A stretch of 63,746 nt of DNA, the filler included, from Octopus bimaculoides (Eukaryota), in the NCBI RefSeq assembly GCF_001194135.2. It is 8 parts of 8 records of this genome, joined end to end, with 100 filler letters (N's around TTAATTAATTAA, not from the genome) between each part and the next. Parts side by side here need not be neighbours in the genome. Positions count along the whole stretch, not along the records: positions 62,675 to 63,746 come from NC_068982.1; 7 more parts are not named here. The stretch is one strand, 5' to 3'. The translations under genes and the position numbers were made by a program. Shown here one piece after another: positions 62,700-63,746 of this stretch (positions within the stretch are counted from its first letter, which is position 1; every line of letters begins with the position of its first letter). The notes beneath the pieces are model-generated. The model was not told the DNA's origin, did not search any database, and was given only the letters and a program-made list of their open reading frames with translations.

Positions 62700-63640
62700 G
62701 AGCAAAACACAACTAGCAAAGACTTGGGCAAGTCGGAGTTTTCTTCCTGAGCCCTGTATCAGTTATACCTACGAGAGGCCGCCCAAAACTGTCCGATGCT
62801 GGCAGTATTTCCCTGGTCGGTAAATAGGGAATTCCATGTTTTCAACACGAATTTCCTCTATCAATGACGCAACCCCTTATTACAGCGAGACTTTGGCGTC
62901 TAACGAATTTAAGGATCGCAGCTCCTCTCTACCGGGCCGCAAAGCAAGCATCACCGTAGAGTCAAGACTTGTGCCAGAAAGATATTCCTTAGATTAGTGG
63001 ACAAACACTTCACACAGCCACCACATAGATATAGGTGTTTGCTTAATAGATACAACTTAAGGGCCTCTTTCAGTTGTGAGCCCAGCGCCAGCGTTAAAAA
63101 ATAATGGTGAGCACTCCTAAGCCAAGAACAAAGGCACGATGTTCATGCAAGGTTTATAATATGTTCCCAGAGGGTGAGAGGTCGCTGAAACTCCGAAGGT
63201 GCAGTGTATAAGGCTGAGGTGAAAGGCACTGGCGACCGCAACGTCAGCCTTGGTAACAACAGCAGCAAGGGCACCGACCACACATCCATCAGTAGCAGCA
63301 ACAGCAGCCTTGTTGATGGCAACTGTTGCACTAAGATCACATCCGGCAATAGCAGCAAGAACAGCAGTGATACTAGCAGCAACAGCAATAGCGGCAGTAG
63401 CAGCTACAGCACTAGCAACAGGCCCGTTCAAGCATCGTCTGAACAGCCACAGGTCCTTCTTTAGAATACCTGGGAGGCGCAACATCACGCTGCTGGTCAG
63501 CTAGATATGGCGTTTAAAAGAGGAGAGTATACCATGCATAATTAGATGGAGGTTCCTAGAACAACCGAGGCCATACTTCAATGGGAGCAAACAATGTAGG
63601 CTTTGCTTGGCCGAAAGAGCCAGAATACTGAAAAATTCAC
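62700..63640 (+). mobile_element. Penelope-like element, RT thumb/linker plus GIY-YIG remnant
   Basis: ARKIFLRLVDKHF...HRY..LLNRYNLRASFSC.P (compare GK.FL.L.DKHFP..H.L..IFN.N..KVSYSC.PN), VYKAEV, then LATGPFKHRLNSH..FF...TLLVS*IW.LK......RW......PY.NGSKQCRLCLAE...IL. Stops and frameshifts are present. Confidence 0.85.
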
Positions 63641-63746
63641 TTGACCTGGGGACCTTTTCAAACTAAAAAAAATTTTTTAAGGTGATTTAGTTAGTGTCCT
63701 CATCAGAGGAATTTCATGTTGAAAATATGGAATTCTCCATTTGAAG

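Noticed and set aside
1-63746. CRISPR arrays, operons, rRNA or prokaryotic defence systems
   Set aside because: No regularly spaced direct repeats with unique spacers, no gene-dense regions and no rRNA-like sequence; the window is eukaryotic repeat-rich DNA.

Overview
AT-rich, repeat-saturated animal genomic DNA from a gapped draft assembly. It is most likely an octopus (coleoid cephalopod), inferred from the very dense microsatellites and several recurring tRNA-headed SINE families. I could not identify any intact protein-coding gene; nearly all ORFs in the track are translations of microsatellites, N-gaps or decayed transposons. Recognisable content: fragments of Penelope-like elements (RT and GIY-YIG), RLE-type non-LTR elements (R4/Dong-like, HERO-like), RTE LINEs, Tc1/mariner remnants, TA-flanked MITEs, long fold-back elements and more than 25 SINE copies or fragments. 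Seven artificial 100-nt gap spacers carry TTAATTAATTAA. The best lead is a dispersed set of type-I hammerhead-ribozyme-like motifs (CUGANGA, a 54-64 nt stem II, GAAAC-short palindrome-GUA) at about 46970, 48710, 39880 and 23690, with fold-back elements built from the 3' half of the same motif. There are also weak candidate exons of a possible minus-strand host transcript. Coordinates were counted by eye and family assignments come from motif recall, not database searches.
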